NCBI GenBank assembly: GCA_964629335.1
Contig: CAZVRH010000005.1
Span: 1-52,749 of the forward strand
Reading direction: 5' to 3'
Source of the DNA: an uncultured Woeseia sp.
Lineage (GTDB): Bacteria > Pseudomonadota > Gammaproteobacteria > Steroidobacterales > UBA11654
Length of the DNA: 52,749 bases
Positions 1 through 8,366 of this stretch are shown here, in pieces (position 1 is the stretch's first letter; the number at the start of each line of letters is the position of its first letter). The notes beneath the pieces are model-generated. The model did not search any database. It was given only the letters and a program-made list of their open reading frames with translations, and was not told the origin of the DNA. The position numbers were made by a program, and so were the translations under genes.

Positions 1-11
1 TTAAAACAGAC

Positions 12-85
12 TGGGTCGTATAGGAATCGAACCTATAACCAATGGATTAAGAGTCCACTGCTCTACCTAATTGAGCTAACGGCCC
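12..85 (-). tRNA. tRNA-Lys(CTT)
   Basis: Reverse complement folds as a cloverleaf: GGGCCGT-TA-GCTC/GAGC D arm, anticodon arm GTGGA-CTCTTAA-TCCAT, T arm ATAGG-TTCGATT-CCTAT, discriminator A. CCA not encoded; C4:A69 mismatch. Confidence 0.93.
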
Positions 86-94
86 TATGAAAGG

Positions 95-171
95 TGGGGT
101 GGACGATGGGGCTCGAACCCACGACCACCTGGACCACAACCAGGGGCTCTACCAACTGAGCTACGCCCACC
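95..171 (-). tRNA. tRNA-His(GTG)
   Basis: Cloverleaf with anticodon arm CCTGG-TTGTGGT-CCAGG, encoded G-1 opposite C73 (His identity element), T arm GTGGG-TTCGAGC-CCCAT, encoded CCA. Confidence 0.96.
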
Positions 172-194
172 ATTGTTTCTAGTTAGAGGAAACC

Positions 195-222
195 ATTTTG
201 CCTTAGCCACGGTACTAGTCAA
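195..222 (-). promoter_or_regulatory. Putative sigma70 promoter for tRNA-His/tRNA-Lys
   Basis: Minus strand TTGACT-N16-CAAAAT ending 23 nt upstream of the tRNA-His G-1. Confidence 0.5.
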
Positions 223-232
223 ATAAAGTTTT

Positions 233-658
233 CTAATCGTCCTGTTCTATGCTTACAGAGATGATCTTATCTCCCTGCTCAATCGCATTAACTACATCCA
301 TGTCTGTCGTATGCCCAAAGACAGTATGTATACCGTCCAAATGAGGCTGAGGACTGTGACAAATAAAAAACTGACTACCGCCAGTATTTCTTCCCGCATG
401 TGCCATAGATAGTGTGCCTGCTTGGTGTCTATTATTATTGATCTCACAATCAATATGATAACCAGGACCGCCTGTTCCAGTTCCCTGGGGACAACCGCCT
501 TGGATCACAAAGTTAGGAATGACTCTATGAAAATTCAACCCGTCATAGAACCCCTTTTCAATTAGGTCTGTAAAATTCTTTACTGTATTGGGCGCATCCT
601 CATCAAATAAGCTGATATGGATCTCACCTTTCTCCGTATTCATTGTAACTTTACTCAT
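233..658 (-). CDS. Cytoplasmic cyclophilin-type peptidyl-prolyl cis-trans isomerase
   Basis: [45 protein letters not shown] cyclophilin motifs; AAGGGG SD-like sequence upstream. Confidence 0.93.
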   Translation of the reverse strand: MSKVTMNTEKGEIHISLFDEDAPNTVKNFTDLIEKGFYDGLNFHRVIPNFVIQGGCPQGTGTGGPGYHIDCEINNNRHQAGTLSMAHAGRNTGGSQFFICHSPQPHLDGIHTVFGHTTDMDVVNAIEQGDKIISVSIEQDD

Positions 659-766
659 AATTACCCCTTAAAAAATTAGCCATTATCCAGACTTTTAGGC
701 AAACTTTCTACTTTCCTTTTTAAATTATTTTTCCAACCTCAAAAAATTCTTCCAAATGCATTTCTT

Positions 767-1387
767 TTAGTTCAGAACTGCCGTACCCCAATAGTTATAG
801 CCCAAGACCTTAGGTGTACTGGGAAGATACATGGTCTCCAAGTCTACAATTGAGAAACCTGCAGATGAAATGATGTTGGGAATTTTCTTATTGATATTGC
901 AACCGCCTGATATTTTTGGCCAGAAGGTATTGATTCTATTCTGCCATTTGATCACATTCTCATCAGGAGCAAGGCCGTGCTCACAAAAGATCAACTTACC
1001 GTTTGGTTTAATCACCCGTGTGAGTTGTGAAAATGATTCGGGTAAACTGGATATTGTGCACATGGTGTAGGTCATAAGAACGGTGTCGAAGACATGATCA
1101 TCAAAATCAATCTCTTCTGCCTTTGCAACAATAAGCTCTATATTGGGAGTCTCGGGGTTAATTTGATTTTTAGCCATAGAAATTAATTCCTCTGAGGGAT
1201 CAATTCCCCATATCTTCTCGATACGATTGGGCTCATAAAAGGGAATATTTAATCCTGAACCAATGCCTATCTCTAAAACATTTCCTTTTGCAAGTGGGAC
1301 TACTTTTCTTCGTTGGTGGATAAAAGGGTTTTGATTACAGGTGCAATTCAAAAGATGGGGAAGAAGATATTTGTCATAAATGCTCAT
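767..1387 (-). CDS. Class I SAM-dependent methyltransferase (METTL7/thiol-methyltransferase-like)
   Basis: VLEIGIGSGLN motif I, GIDPS, FDTV, RVIKPNGKLIFCEHG, C-terminal GGC; substrate not certain. Confidence 0.85.
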   Translation of the reverse strand: MSIYDKYLLPHLLNCTCNQNPFIHQRRKVVPLAKGNVLEIGIGSGLNIPFYEPNRIEKIWGIDPSEELISMAKNQINPETPNIELIVAKAEEIDFDDHVFDTVLMTYTMCTISSLPESFSQLTRVIKPNGKLIFCEHGLAPDENVIKWQNRINTFWPKISGGCNINKKIPNIISSAGFSIVDLETMYLPSTPKVLGYNYWGTAVLN

Positions 1388-1427
1388 ATTATTAATCGTC
1401 TCTTAACTCAGGGAATAAGATTAGGGT

Positions 1428-2645
1428 TTATGATGCATCAGCAATGCTGGGATATCTATTCCTAAGATATCTATAGAGCAACCAGTAAATTAACATTGCC
1501 GCCATGGCAGCGCACCAACACATCACAAAAACACTTGAATACCCAAGATTTAGTGACAACAACGAGGCAGCAATGTTCGGTCCCACGATTTGACCAAGCC
1601 CTTGTGCTGCAGGTAAGTAGGCGGCATAGTTGCCTCCATGGTCAAAGCTCGCCAGAGAGCCCATCTGATAGACATCGGTAAAAATCCAAAGCAGATTAAA
1701 AGTGAAAACACTCATTAAAAACTTAGGTTCATTGATACCAAATGCCAACATACCAACGCCTGTTGCCATGGTGAATAGAGCAATAAGCAATGGACGCAAC
1801 AAACCAAAACGATTACTCAATAAAGTTGCAATCAGACAGCCAAGCAATGAACACAATGATGCCCAGACAAGCACCTCACCGACCAATTTTGGATTGGTAT
1901 TACCGTCTAAAGCGGCTAACTCAATATATGTCCAATAAGCACCAATGTTGATGTAAGTTAGAAAGATAGCAAAAAGACAAACCCATGCCAGAAGAGGTTT
2001 AGATGAGCTATCCTTACCCATAGAATCGTCTCCTGAAGAGTCTGATCGTGGTTTAGGGTAACTCCGGATCCATCTCAGAAAAATCAAGGTAATCAAAAAA
2101 CAGACAATAAAAACCCAATAAATCCCATTCATTGATAGTTGCGGCAAAACCCTCATCTCTAACGCTTGAGTAAAAGCAAAGCTGAAGAGCATCAAATTAT
2201 AGGCAAGTGCGGGTCGGATGGACATGCCAAAAACAGCCATTGCTACTGCAGTATAAATACCGCTGCCGAAACCGGCAAGAAATCGAAGCCAAAGAACTAC
2301 CTCGTAGTCAACATACTTAAGGCACAACCCATTTGCTAAGACAGCTATAAAAATTCCTAAGACAACCAATAATCTTCGATTCATTCGATTGATCATCCAT
2401 GCTGCTGCAACTGCTCCTGCAGATAAGCCGCCCAAATCCATGCCTGCAACCCTACCAACCTCGACTTCAGTAAAGCCTAATTTAGTAACCCAAGCAGTGC
2501 TGATGACCGGTATACCCACTAGCACACCATAGCCAACAAGAACCATGTACAGAGCAACCGCAAGACCTCGCCAGTCGTCGTTGATAAGTATACGCCAGTC
2601 GTCCAGTGCCAGGGCAACCCCAGTTTTATTGTGTTGTCCTATCAT
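1428..2645 (-). CDS. Major facilitator superfamily transporter
   Basis: 405 aa with about 12 hydrophobic segments and a polar central loop; MFS loop motifs INRMNRR and LSNRFG, plus RFLAGFGSG. Confidence 0.85.
   Translation of the reverse strand: MIGQHNKTGVALALDDWRILINDDWRGLAVALYMVLVGYGVLVGIPVISTAWVTKLGFTEVEVGRVAGMDLGGLSAGAVAAAWMINRMNRRLLVVLGIFIAVLANGLCLKYVDYEVVLWLRFLAGFGSGIYTAVAMAVFGMSIRPALAYNLMLFSFAFTQALEMRVLPQLSMNGIYWVFIVCFLITLIFLRWIRSYPKPRSDSSGDDSMGKDSSSKPLLAWVCLFAIFLTYINIGAYWTYIELAALDGNTNPKLVGEVLVWASLCSLLGCLIATLLSNRFGLLRPLLIALFTMATGVGMLAFGINEPKFLMSVFTFNLLWIFTDVYQMGSLASFDHGGNYAAYLPAAQGLGQIVGPNIAASLLSLNLGYSSVFVMCWCAAMAAMLIYWLLYRYLRNRYPSIADAS
2569..2603. repeat. 11-bp direct repeat (CGCCAGTCGTC x2, 24-bp period) in the MFS 5' end
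   Basis: Copies at 2569-2579 and 2593-2603 encode the duplicated DDWR in LDDWRILINDDWRG. Confidence 0.7.
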
Positions 2646-2648
2646 TAT

Positions 2649-2963
2649 TTAGTCGTTGACCCTTCTTTTTCTTGACTTCTCATGATGGAGGATGCACTGA
2701 AGGTATAAACCGTTATTTCTTCTTTTTCGAATAATGATTTCAGAATCGAATTCACAGTACTGTCCAATTGTCTGCTCAAGGCTCCATTCTTCAAGATCAT
2801 TGCCATTAATGACCGCCCACAATAGATCTCCTTCTTCGCAATCATTGCTAATCGCTACCTTAATATCATGAAAATTATCTCCCGAAACCCAACAGTATTT
2901 TTCTTGAGCAAAGATATTAGTAGAAAATATCAGTAAGATTATTGTAAGAACCAGTTTTATCAT
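2649..2963 (-). CDS. Hypothetical exported protein with 4 Cys
   Basis: Sec-type signal peptide MIKLVLTIILLIFSTNIFA; 3-bp gaps to both neighbours; no family recognised. Confidence 0.7.
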   Translation of the reverse strand: MIKLVLTIILLIFSTNIFAQEKYCWVSGDNFHDIKVAISNDCEEGDLLWAVINGNDLEEWSLEQTIGQYCEFDSEIIIRKRRNNGLYLQCILHHEKSRKRRVND

Positions 2964-2966
2964 ACC

Positions 2967-4352
2967 TTATGGGTCTGGGGTTCCAGGGTCATTTTCAATG
3001 GACTCTTCATGGTCTTCTAAAACTTGGTATAAAGGAAAATCCACCCAAGTGTCATTTAAATAATTTAACTCTGGGACTTCCTCTTTTGGATCAACTATTA
3101 AGTTGTAGACAGAAGGATAAGCCATATTCTTAATGCCATATCCATCTTCATCCATCTCTTTAAGGAGGATCTTCCAATTGCGCCATTTGGCTCCAAAGAG
3201 TTCATTACCAATATAGATAACCAATGATTCTCTGGCCGACTTTAGAGTCTTGCCCATGAGGAAATTAGATTGATCTACCCCATCTATGATTCGATCTTTA
3301 GGCATCTCGGCTCCAATAAAACTAGCCAAAGTTGGAAAAACATCCATCTGGTGGAAGACCTCATTTGATACTGTTCCCTTAGGAATTTTTCCTGGCCATT
3401 TAATCAGAAATGGGACGCGTAATGAGCCTTCGTAAGGAGAAAACATACCGCTTCTCCATGGACCGGTGAAACCAAAAGACCTTGGAACACCTTCTCGTCC
3501 ATTGTCTGATGTAAAAATAAAGATGGTGTTCTCTGTTAAACCTAGTTCGTCAATTGTTTCTAATAATTCACCAATATAGGCATCCGTTTGAGCAAGAACA
3601 TCGGCAAAGCTTCCGTTGCCAGTTGTTCCATAGAAGTCTGGATGAGGGTCCACAGGTTCATGAGTCTGCGTGTAAGGTAAATATGCAAAAAACGGTTGAT
3701 CAGACTTTGCTTTGCGTTTAATAAAATCAATCGCATGGTCTGTGATATCTCTATCGATAGTTGCTCTTTTAGCGCGGTCATAGACTTCTAATTCTTTGGG
3801 TTCTTGCCCCCGGAAAGAAGACATAACATGGGCAAATTCAAGATCGGGATGACTGTCTGCAGCATAACTATTGCTGTCTGGCCAAAAAGCCCGATCTGAT
3901 GATCTGGGTATTCCGTTCCATTCATCAAAGCCTTGATCCGTTGGATACCGACCTTTGGTATCCCCTAAATGCCATTTTCCAAAGATACCGGTGGTATATC
4001 CTTGTTCTGAAAGAATTTCTGCCAATGTAATTTCCCATTTGGTTATGCCATACCAGACCCCTCTAGTGGGACCATCTCTACGCTGTCTTGTACGGATACC
4101 GTATCGTCCAGTCATTAAAGCAGAACGCGAGGGTGTGCATTCAGCTTCAACATTATAATTTGTTAATTGAAAGCCTTCAGTTGCGATGCTGTCAATGTTT
4201 GGAGTTGGTGCACCACGTAAAACTCCCCCACCGTAAACTCCAATCTCGCCGTAGCCAAAATTATCCATTAATACCAGAACGATATTAGGTTGCTTTTCTG
4301 CCCAAAGATTTGAACAAAAAAGTAATAGTGTAATGAGAATGATTTTTTTCAT
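2967..4352 (-). CDS. Formylglycine-dependent (type I) arylsulfatase, exported
   Basis: PNIVLVLMDNFG, CTPSRSALMTGR (CxPxR motif), GKWHLG, GFDEW, SDNG; N-terminal signal peptide. Confidence 0.93.
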   Translation of the reverse strand: MKKIILITLLLFCSNLWAEKQPNIVLVLMDNFGYGEIGVYGGGVLRGAPTPNIDSIATEGFQLTNYNVEAECTPSRSALMTGRYGIRTRQRRDGPTRGVWYGITKWEITLAEILSEQGYTTGIFGKWHLGDTKGRYPTDQGFDEWNGIPRSSDRAFWPDSNSYAADSHPDLEFAHVMSSFRGQEPKELEVYDRAKRATIDRDITDHAIDFIKRKAKSDQPFFAYLPYTQTHEPVDPHPDFYGTTGNGSFADVLAQTDAYIGELLETIDELGLTENTIFIFTSDNGREGVPRSFGFTGPWRSGMFSPYEGSLRVPFLIKWPGKIPKGTVSNEVFHQMDVFPTLASFIGAEMPKDRIIDGVDQSNFLMGKTLKSARESLVIYIGNELFGAKWRNWKILLKEMDEDGYGIKNMAYPSVYNLIVDPKEEVPELNYLNDTWVDFPLYQVLEDHEESIENDPGTPDP

Positions 4353-4693
4353 TTTACTCCTGGTATTCCTCCAGCATAAGGACTTCCTCGACTGTTTAAA
4401 TCTCCTTGATTAATGTTTCTGAAATCATTTTTCTCTAAAAGCCTTCCATTTGAGCTAAAAGTTTTCCAAACACCAATGGGTCTTCCTTCATTGTATTTTT
4501 CTCTTGCTTGTAGTTGTCCTGTGTCATAGAAGAACTCCCATGTTCCGTGTTTTTTATTGTTTTTTACTTCTCCGGTCAGATAAGTGACTCCATTGTTATG
4601 TTTCATAAGAAACTTTCCATCAGGTGGTAACTCTTGAAGATTTGCATTTGTAGAACACAAAAGAAGAACTGATATGAGGATGAGTTTTTTCAT
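4349..4693 (-). CDS. Exported MORN-variant (YwqK-like) repeat protein
   Basis: Repeats G(T/V)WxxFxxxG(Q/R)L with G+basic turns (NNKKHGTWEFFYDTGQL; EGRPIGVWKTFSSNGRL); signal peptide; ATGA overlap with the sulfatase. Confidence 0.7.
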   Translation of the reverse strand: MKKLILISVLLLCSTNANLQELPPDGKFLMKHNNGVTYLTGEVKNNKKHGTWEFFYDTGQLQAREKYNEGRPIGVWKTFSSNGRLLEKNDFRNINQGDLNSRGSPYAGGIPGVK

Positions 4694-4714
4694 GTTTTAA
4701 GGTTATCAGATTTC

Positions 4715-4791
<77 letters not shown>

Positions 4792-4810
4792 TGTGGTAAT
4801 AATTACAGTG

Positions 4811-4850
4811 ATTATAAAGATTTTCTTATTTTATTTAATGATTATTATCA
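4811..4850 (-). promoter_or_regulatory. TATAAT -10 element for tRNA-Arg with an upstream Fur-like site (4836-4850)
   Basis: TATAAT on the minus strand at 4811-4816; plus-strand TAATGAT-T-ATTATCA at 4836-4850. AT-rich context lowers significance. Confidence 0.35.
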
Positions 4851-4871
4851 AATAATAAACGATCTATCTTT

Positions 4872-5921
4872 TTATGCCGATTGAGCCTCCCTCCAGTCAA
4901 CATCATCGTTGTCAAAATCCTCCCATTTGAGCACGCCAAGTTTCTCAAACTTTGGTCGAACTGATTCGGTCAACAACCCTACTCTTTTAAGGCTCGGTAT
5001 AACCCTTTGAAATAGAAACTCCTGGAAATCTCTTCTTATAGTAACAGACTCATCGTGTTTAATCGTTTCCTCTACATCCCAACCAAGCTCCTCGAAGACT
5101 TCAACAGCATGGAGCCTCTGTCTCATAATTACACAAGCCTCATATGCAAATTGGGCTCTTTCTTCGATTTCTTCTTCACTCAAACTTTTCACATGTTGCT
5201 CTAAATAATGAACACCAAATGTCACATGTCGCGATTCATCCTGAATGACTTTTTGAATCAGTTCTTTGAGAAGATTATCTGGAAAACTCAATTGAATTGC
5301 CTTAAAGGCCCCAAGCGCTAATCCTTCAATAACCAATTGCATGCCAATGAATTTCAAATCCCATCTCTCGTCAGTCAAAATCTTATCTAGAAGGGCTTTG
5401 AGATCAGGTGTGACCGGATACATAATTCCCTGCCTTGTTTGGAGATATTTATTGAATGCTTCAACATGCCTTGCTTCATCATAAGTTTGAGTGGCTGCGT
5501 ATAGTTTTGCATTGTAGGTCGGAGCGCAAGAACACAATTGGCTCGCAACCAATAGTGCGCCCTGCTCACCATGAAGAAACTGACTCAGTGTCCAAGCTGA
5601 GAACCTTTTCTGAGCATGTAACTTGACGTCATCGCTCATATCTAGGTAGGGCTGATAACCAAGATAAGATTGATGATTTACGGCAAAATCTTCTTCAAGT
5701 GTTGCTTTGTTAATATCCCATTTTTGAGACCAATCTAGATCAATCTCAACATCCCACTGTCTTTTTTTGGCCAGTTGATAAAGCCTATTAATTTTATTGT
5801 CTGCCGCTGTATAGTCCCAGTTGTAAGAACCCGTTAAGGGTGTCTGAAAAATCTCTTTTATTTCTTTGAAATCACTCTTCGTGAGATACATATCAGGCTT
5901 GAATTCATGTACTTTGCTCAT
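4872..5921 (-). CDS. Ferritin-like diiron enzyme (AurF/desaturase-like superfamily)
   Basis: Diiron ligand pattern: HGEQGAL, DEARH, IEGLA, DESRH; 349 aa. Confidence 0.8.
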   Translation of the reverse strand: MSKVHEFKPDMYLTKSDFKEIKEIFQTPLTGSYNWDYTAADNKINRLYQLAKKRQWDVEIDLDWSQKWDINKATLEEDFAVNHQSYLGYQPYLDMSDDVKLHAQKRFSAWTLSQFLHGEQGALLVASQLCSCAPTYNAKLYAATQTYDEARHVEAFNKYLQTRQGIMYPVTPDLKALLDKILTDERWDLKFIGMQLVIEGLALGAFKAIQLSFPDNLLKELIQKVIQDESRHVTFGVHYLEQHVKSLSEEEIEERAQFAYEACVIMRQRLHAVEVFEELGWDVEETIKHDESVTIRRDFQEFLFQRVIPSLKRVGLLTESVRPKFEKLGVLKWEDFDNDDVDWREAQSA

Positions 5922-5971
5922 AATCTATTTTAAACAAAGTTTTTGATTTTTTTCCAGTGTTGAAATCCTGA

Positions 5972-6048
5972 TGGTCGGGGCAGAGGGATTTGAACCCCCG
6001 ACCCTCTGCTCCCAAAGCAGATGCGCTACCAGACTGCGCTATGCCCCG
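5972..6048 (-). tRNA. tRNA-Pro(TGG)
   Basis: CGGGGCA acceptor stem, anticodon arm TCTGC-TTTGGGA-GCAGA, TTCAAAT T loop, encoded CCA; 77 nt. Confidence 0.96.
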
Positions 6049-6069
6049 AATCAAAATTGATGAGGTCGT

Positions 6070-6075
6070 ATTATA
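6070..6075 (-). promoter_or_regulatory. -10 element (TATAAT) for tRNA-Pro
   Basis: Perfect TATAAT 21 nt upstream of tRNA-Pro; no clear -35. Confidence 0.45.
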
Positions 6076-6142
6076 CTTCTCATTATTGTGAATCCGTTAA
6101 CATTTTAGAAAAAAGATTTCTGAGAGATCTCGAATCATTGTT

Positions 6143-6151
6143 TGGTATCAT
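6143..6151 (+). promoter_or_regulatory. Extended -10 promoter (TG-G-TATCAT) for folD
   Basis: TGn-TATCAT followed by GAGAGG SD and the folD ATG at 6175. Confidence 0.4.
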
Positions 6152-6174
6152 GACACCTCTGAGAGGTAAATATA

Positions 6175-7038
6175 ATGACGGCGAATATTATAGATGGAAA
6201 AAAGATAGCTGAGAAAATTATCTTTGAGATAAAAGATAAGATTAGCACTAATGAGACCGCAGGAATAACTCCTCCAGGACTAGCGGTCATTCAGGTGGGG
6301 GTAGATCCTGCCTCCAGTGTCTATGTGAGAAATAAACGAACGGCCTGTAATGAAGTTGGCATGAAGTCGTTTAATTATGATTTAGATGAATCAACTACTC
6401 AAAAAGAACTAATTAATTTGATAGAAGACCTTAATAATAATCAGGAAGTAAATGGGATTTTAGTGCAACTCCCTCTACCAGATCATATTAATGAGACTGT
6501 GGTGATCGAAACTATACACCCCACTAAAGACGTGGATGGCTTTCATCCATACACCATAGGACGACTGATGCAAAGAATACCTCTGCTAAGACCCTGTACC
6601 GCTATTGGAGTAATACACATGCTTGAACATATAAACATTGATCCAATCGGTATGCATGCCGTTATCGTGGGTGCCTCTAACCTTGTTGGTAGACCGCTAA
6701 ATCTAGAGCTACTTTTAAAAGGAGCCACCACCACAGTCTGTCATAAATTTACAAATAATTTAAAAGATCATGTTCTATCAGCCGATATATTGGCTGTAGC
6801 TATAGGTAAACCTAACTTCATACCAGGAAGCTGGGTTAAAGAGGGTGCCGTTGTTATTGATATCGGCATTAACCGTGACGAGGAGAGTGGAAAATTGATT
6901 GGAGATGTAGATTTTGATACGGCTAAAGAAAGTGCCTCTTGGATTTCCCCTGTGCCAGGCGGTGTTGGACCTATGACGGTTGCCATGTTAATAAAAAATA
7001 CTCTACTTGCCTCTGAATTAGTTTTAGAATCGGATTAA
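6175..7038 (+). CDS. folD: Bifunctional methylenetetrahydrofolate dehydrogenase/cyclohydrolase
   Basis: [62 protein letters not shown]. Confidence 0.98.
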   Translation: MTANIIDGKKIAEKIIFEIKDKISTNETAGITPPGLAVIQVGVDPASSVYVRNKRTACNEVGMKSFNYDLDESTTQKELINLIEDLNNNQEVNGILVQLPLPDHINETVVIETIHPTKDVDGFHPYTIGRLMQRIPLLRPCTAIGVIHMLEHINIDPIGMHAVIVGASNLVGRPLNLELLLKGATTTVCHKFTNNLKDHVLSADILAVAIGKPNFIPGSWVKEGAVVIDIGINRDEESGKLIGDVDFDTAKESASWISPVPGGVGPMTVAMLIKNTLLASELVLESD

Positions 7039-7608
7039 ATGAAAACTCTGATTAAAAATATAATGGTCCTGATTCCTCTGGTTTTATTCTCCCCCTTTAT
7101 ACAGAGTTCTGAAAACTATCCACAAATTGAAGTGACCACAACTTCTGGGGTTTTTGTTATTGAATTGGATAGAAACAGAGCCCCCATAACTGTCGAGAAT
7201 TTTCTTAAATATTTAAATAATGGGTTTTATAAAAATACTGTTTTTCACCGAGTAATTCCTGGTTTTGTAATACAAGCCGGCGGTTATACGGTGGATCTTG
7301 AGGAAAAGGAAACACTACCTGATATTATTAATGAATCTGGCAATGGATTGACGAATCAAAGAATGTCTATCGGCATGGCTAGAACCAATGATCCTCACAG
7401 TGCGAGTTCACAGTTTTATATAAATCTAGCCGATAATTTTTCACTTGACCCCATGCCAACCCGATGGGGTTATACCGTTTTTGGTGATGTGATCCAAGGC
7501 TTCGAAGCAGTAAACGCAATTGCTGGAAATGCCACACAAACAATGAATGGAATGCAAGATGTTCCGGTCGCTCCTGTGATTATCTTAGATATCAAGAGAA
7601 TTGATTAA
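7039..7608 (+). CDS. ppiA: Periplasmic cyclophilin-type PPIase
   Basis: Signal peptide; APITVENFLKY, FHRVIPGFVIQAGG, MARTNDPHSASSQFYIN, GYTVFG. Confidence 0.88.
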   Translation: MKTLIKNIMVLIPLVLFSPFIQSSENYPQIEVTTTSGVFVIELDRNRAPITVENFLKYLNNGFYKNTVFHRVIPGFVIQAGGYTVDLEEKETLPDIINESGNGLTNQRMSIGMARTNDPHSASSQFYINLADNFSLDPMPTRWGYTVFGDVIQGFEAVNAIAGNATQTMNGMQDVPVAPVIILDIKRID

Positions 7609-7634
7609 CCAAGATTTACAAGTCATTTTTTAAA

Positions 7635-8366
7635 GTGAACAGATACTTTATTTCAGACCTTCATCTACATGAGTCTAGACCTCATATCACTAATTTGTTC
7701 AGCTCTTTTATCGAAAATTTAAAAAAAGATAACAAAAAGACAGAACTTTATATTCTTGGTGATCTGTTTGAATCCTGGATTGGTGATGATTATGTGAATG
7801 AACTCCATAGTGAAACTAAATTGGTACTGAAATCACTCACCAAAATTGGCATTCAAGTATTTTTCTTATATGGGAATCGTGATTTTTTAATTGGAGATCA
7901 GTTTTTATCTGAAACTGGTGTGGAATTACTTGCTGATCCATTTCTATTAAAAAACAACAATGAAAAAATATTACTTACGCACGGTGACCAAATGTGCATC
8001 GATGATAGGGAATACCAAACTTTTAGATCGATAGTCAGAAATCCTCATTGGCAAAAAGACTTTCTTGGTTTTCCTGTATCAAAACGTTTGAAAATAGCTG
8101 GTGAAACTAAAGATGCAAGTAAACGGTCGAAACGAGAAAAATCTATGGAAATCATGGACGTCAATGAAGATGAAGTAACCAAACTGTTTGCAAAATATCG
8201 GGTTAATACAATTATTCATGGGCACACTCACAGGCCGATGAAACATGAAACAGAACTAGACGGCAAGCTTTGCTCGCGTTATGTTTTAGGCGACTGGAAT
8301 AAAAAACACGCCGTTATTCTTTGTTGCACTAAAGAGAAATTAGAATTGATAGATTTAATTAAATGA
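7635..8366 (+). CDS. lpxH: UDP-2,3-diacylglucosamine hydrolase
   Basis: FISDLHL, GDLFESWIGDD, GNRDFL, HGD, HGHTHRP, VLGDW; follows a ppi gene as in other gammaproteobacteria; GTG start. Confidence 0.95.
   Translation: MNRYFISDLHLHESRPHITNLFSSFIENLKKDNKKTELYILGDLFESWIGDDYVNELHSETKLVLKSLTKIGIQVFFLYGNRDFLIGDQFLSETGVELLADPFLLKNNNEKILLTHGDQMCIDDREYQTFRSIVRNPHWQKDFLGFPVSKRLKIAGETKDASKRSKREKSMEIMDVNEDEVTKLFAKYRVNTIIHGHTHRPMKHETELDGKLCSRYVLGDWNKKHAVILCCTKEKLELIDLIK

Noticed and set aside
6021-6212. 63-aa plus-strand ORF
   Set aside because: Overlaps tRNA-Pro and the folD start; no protein-like features.
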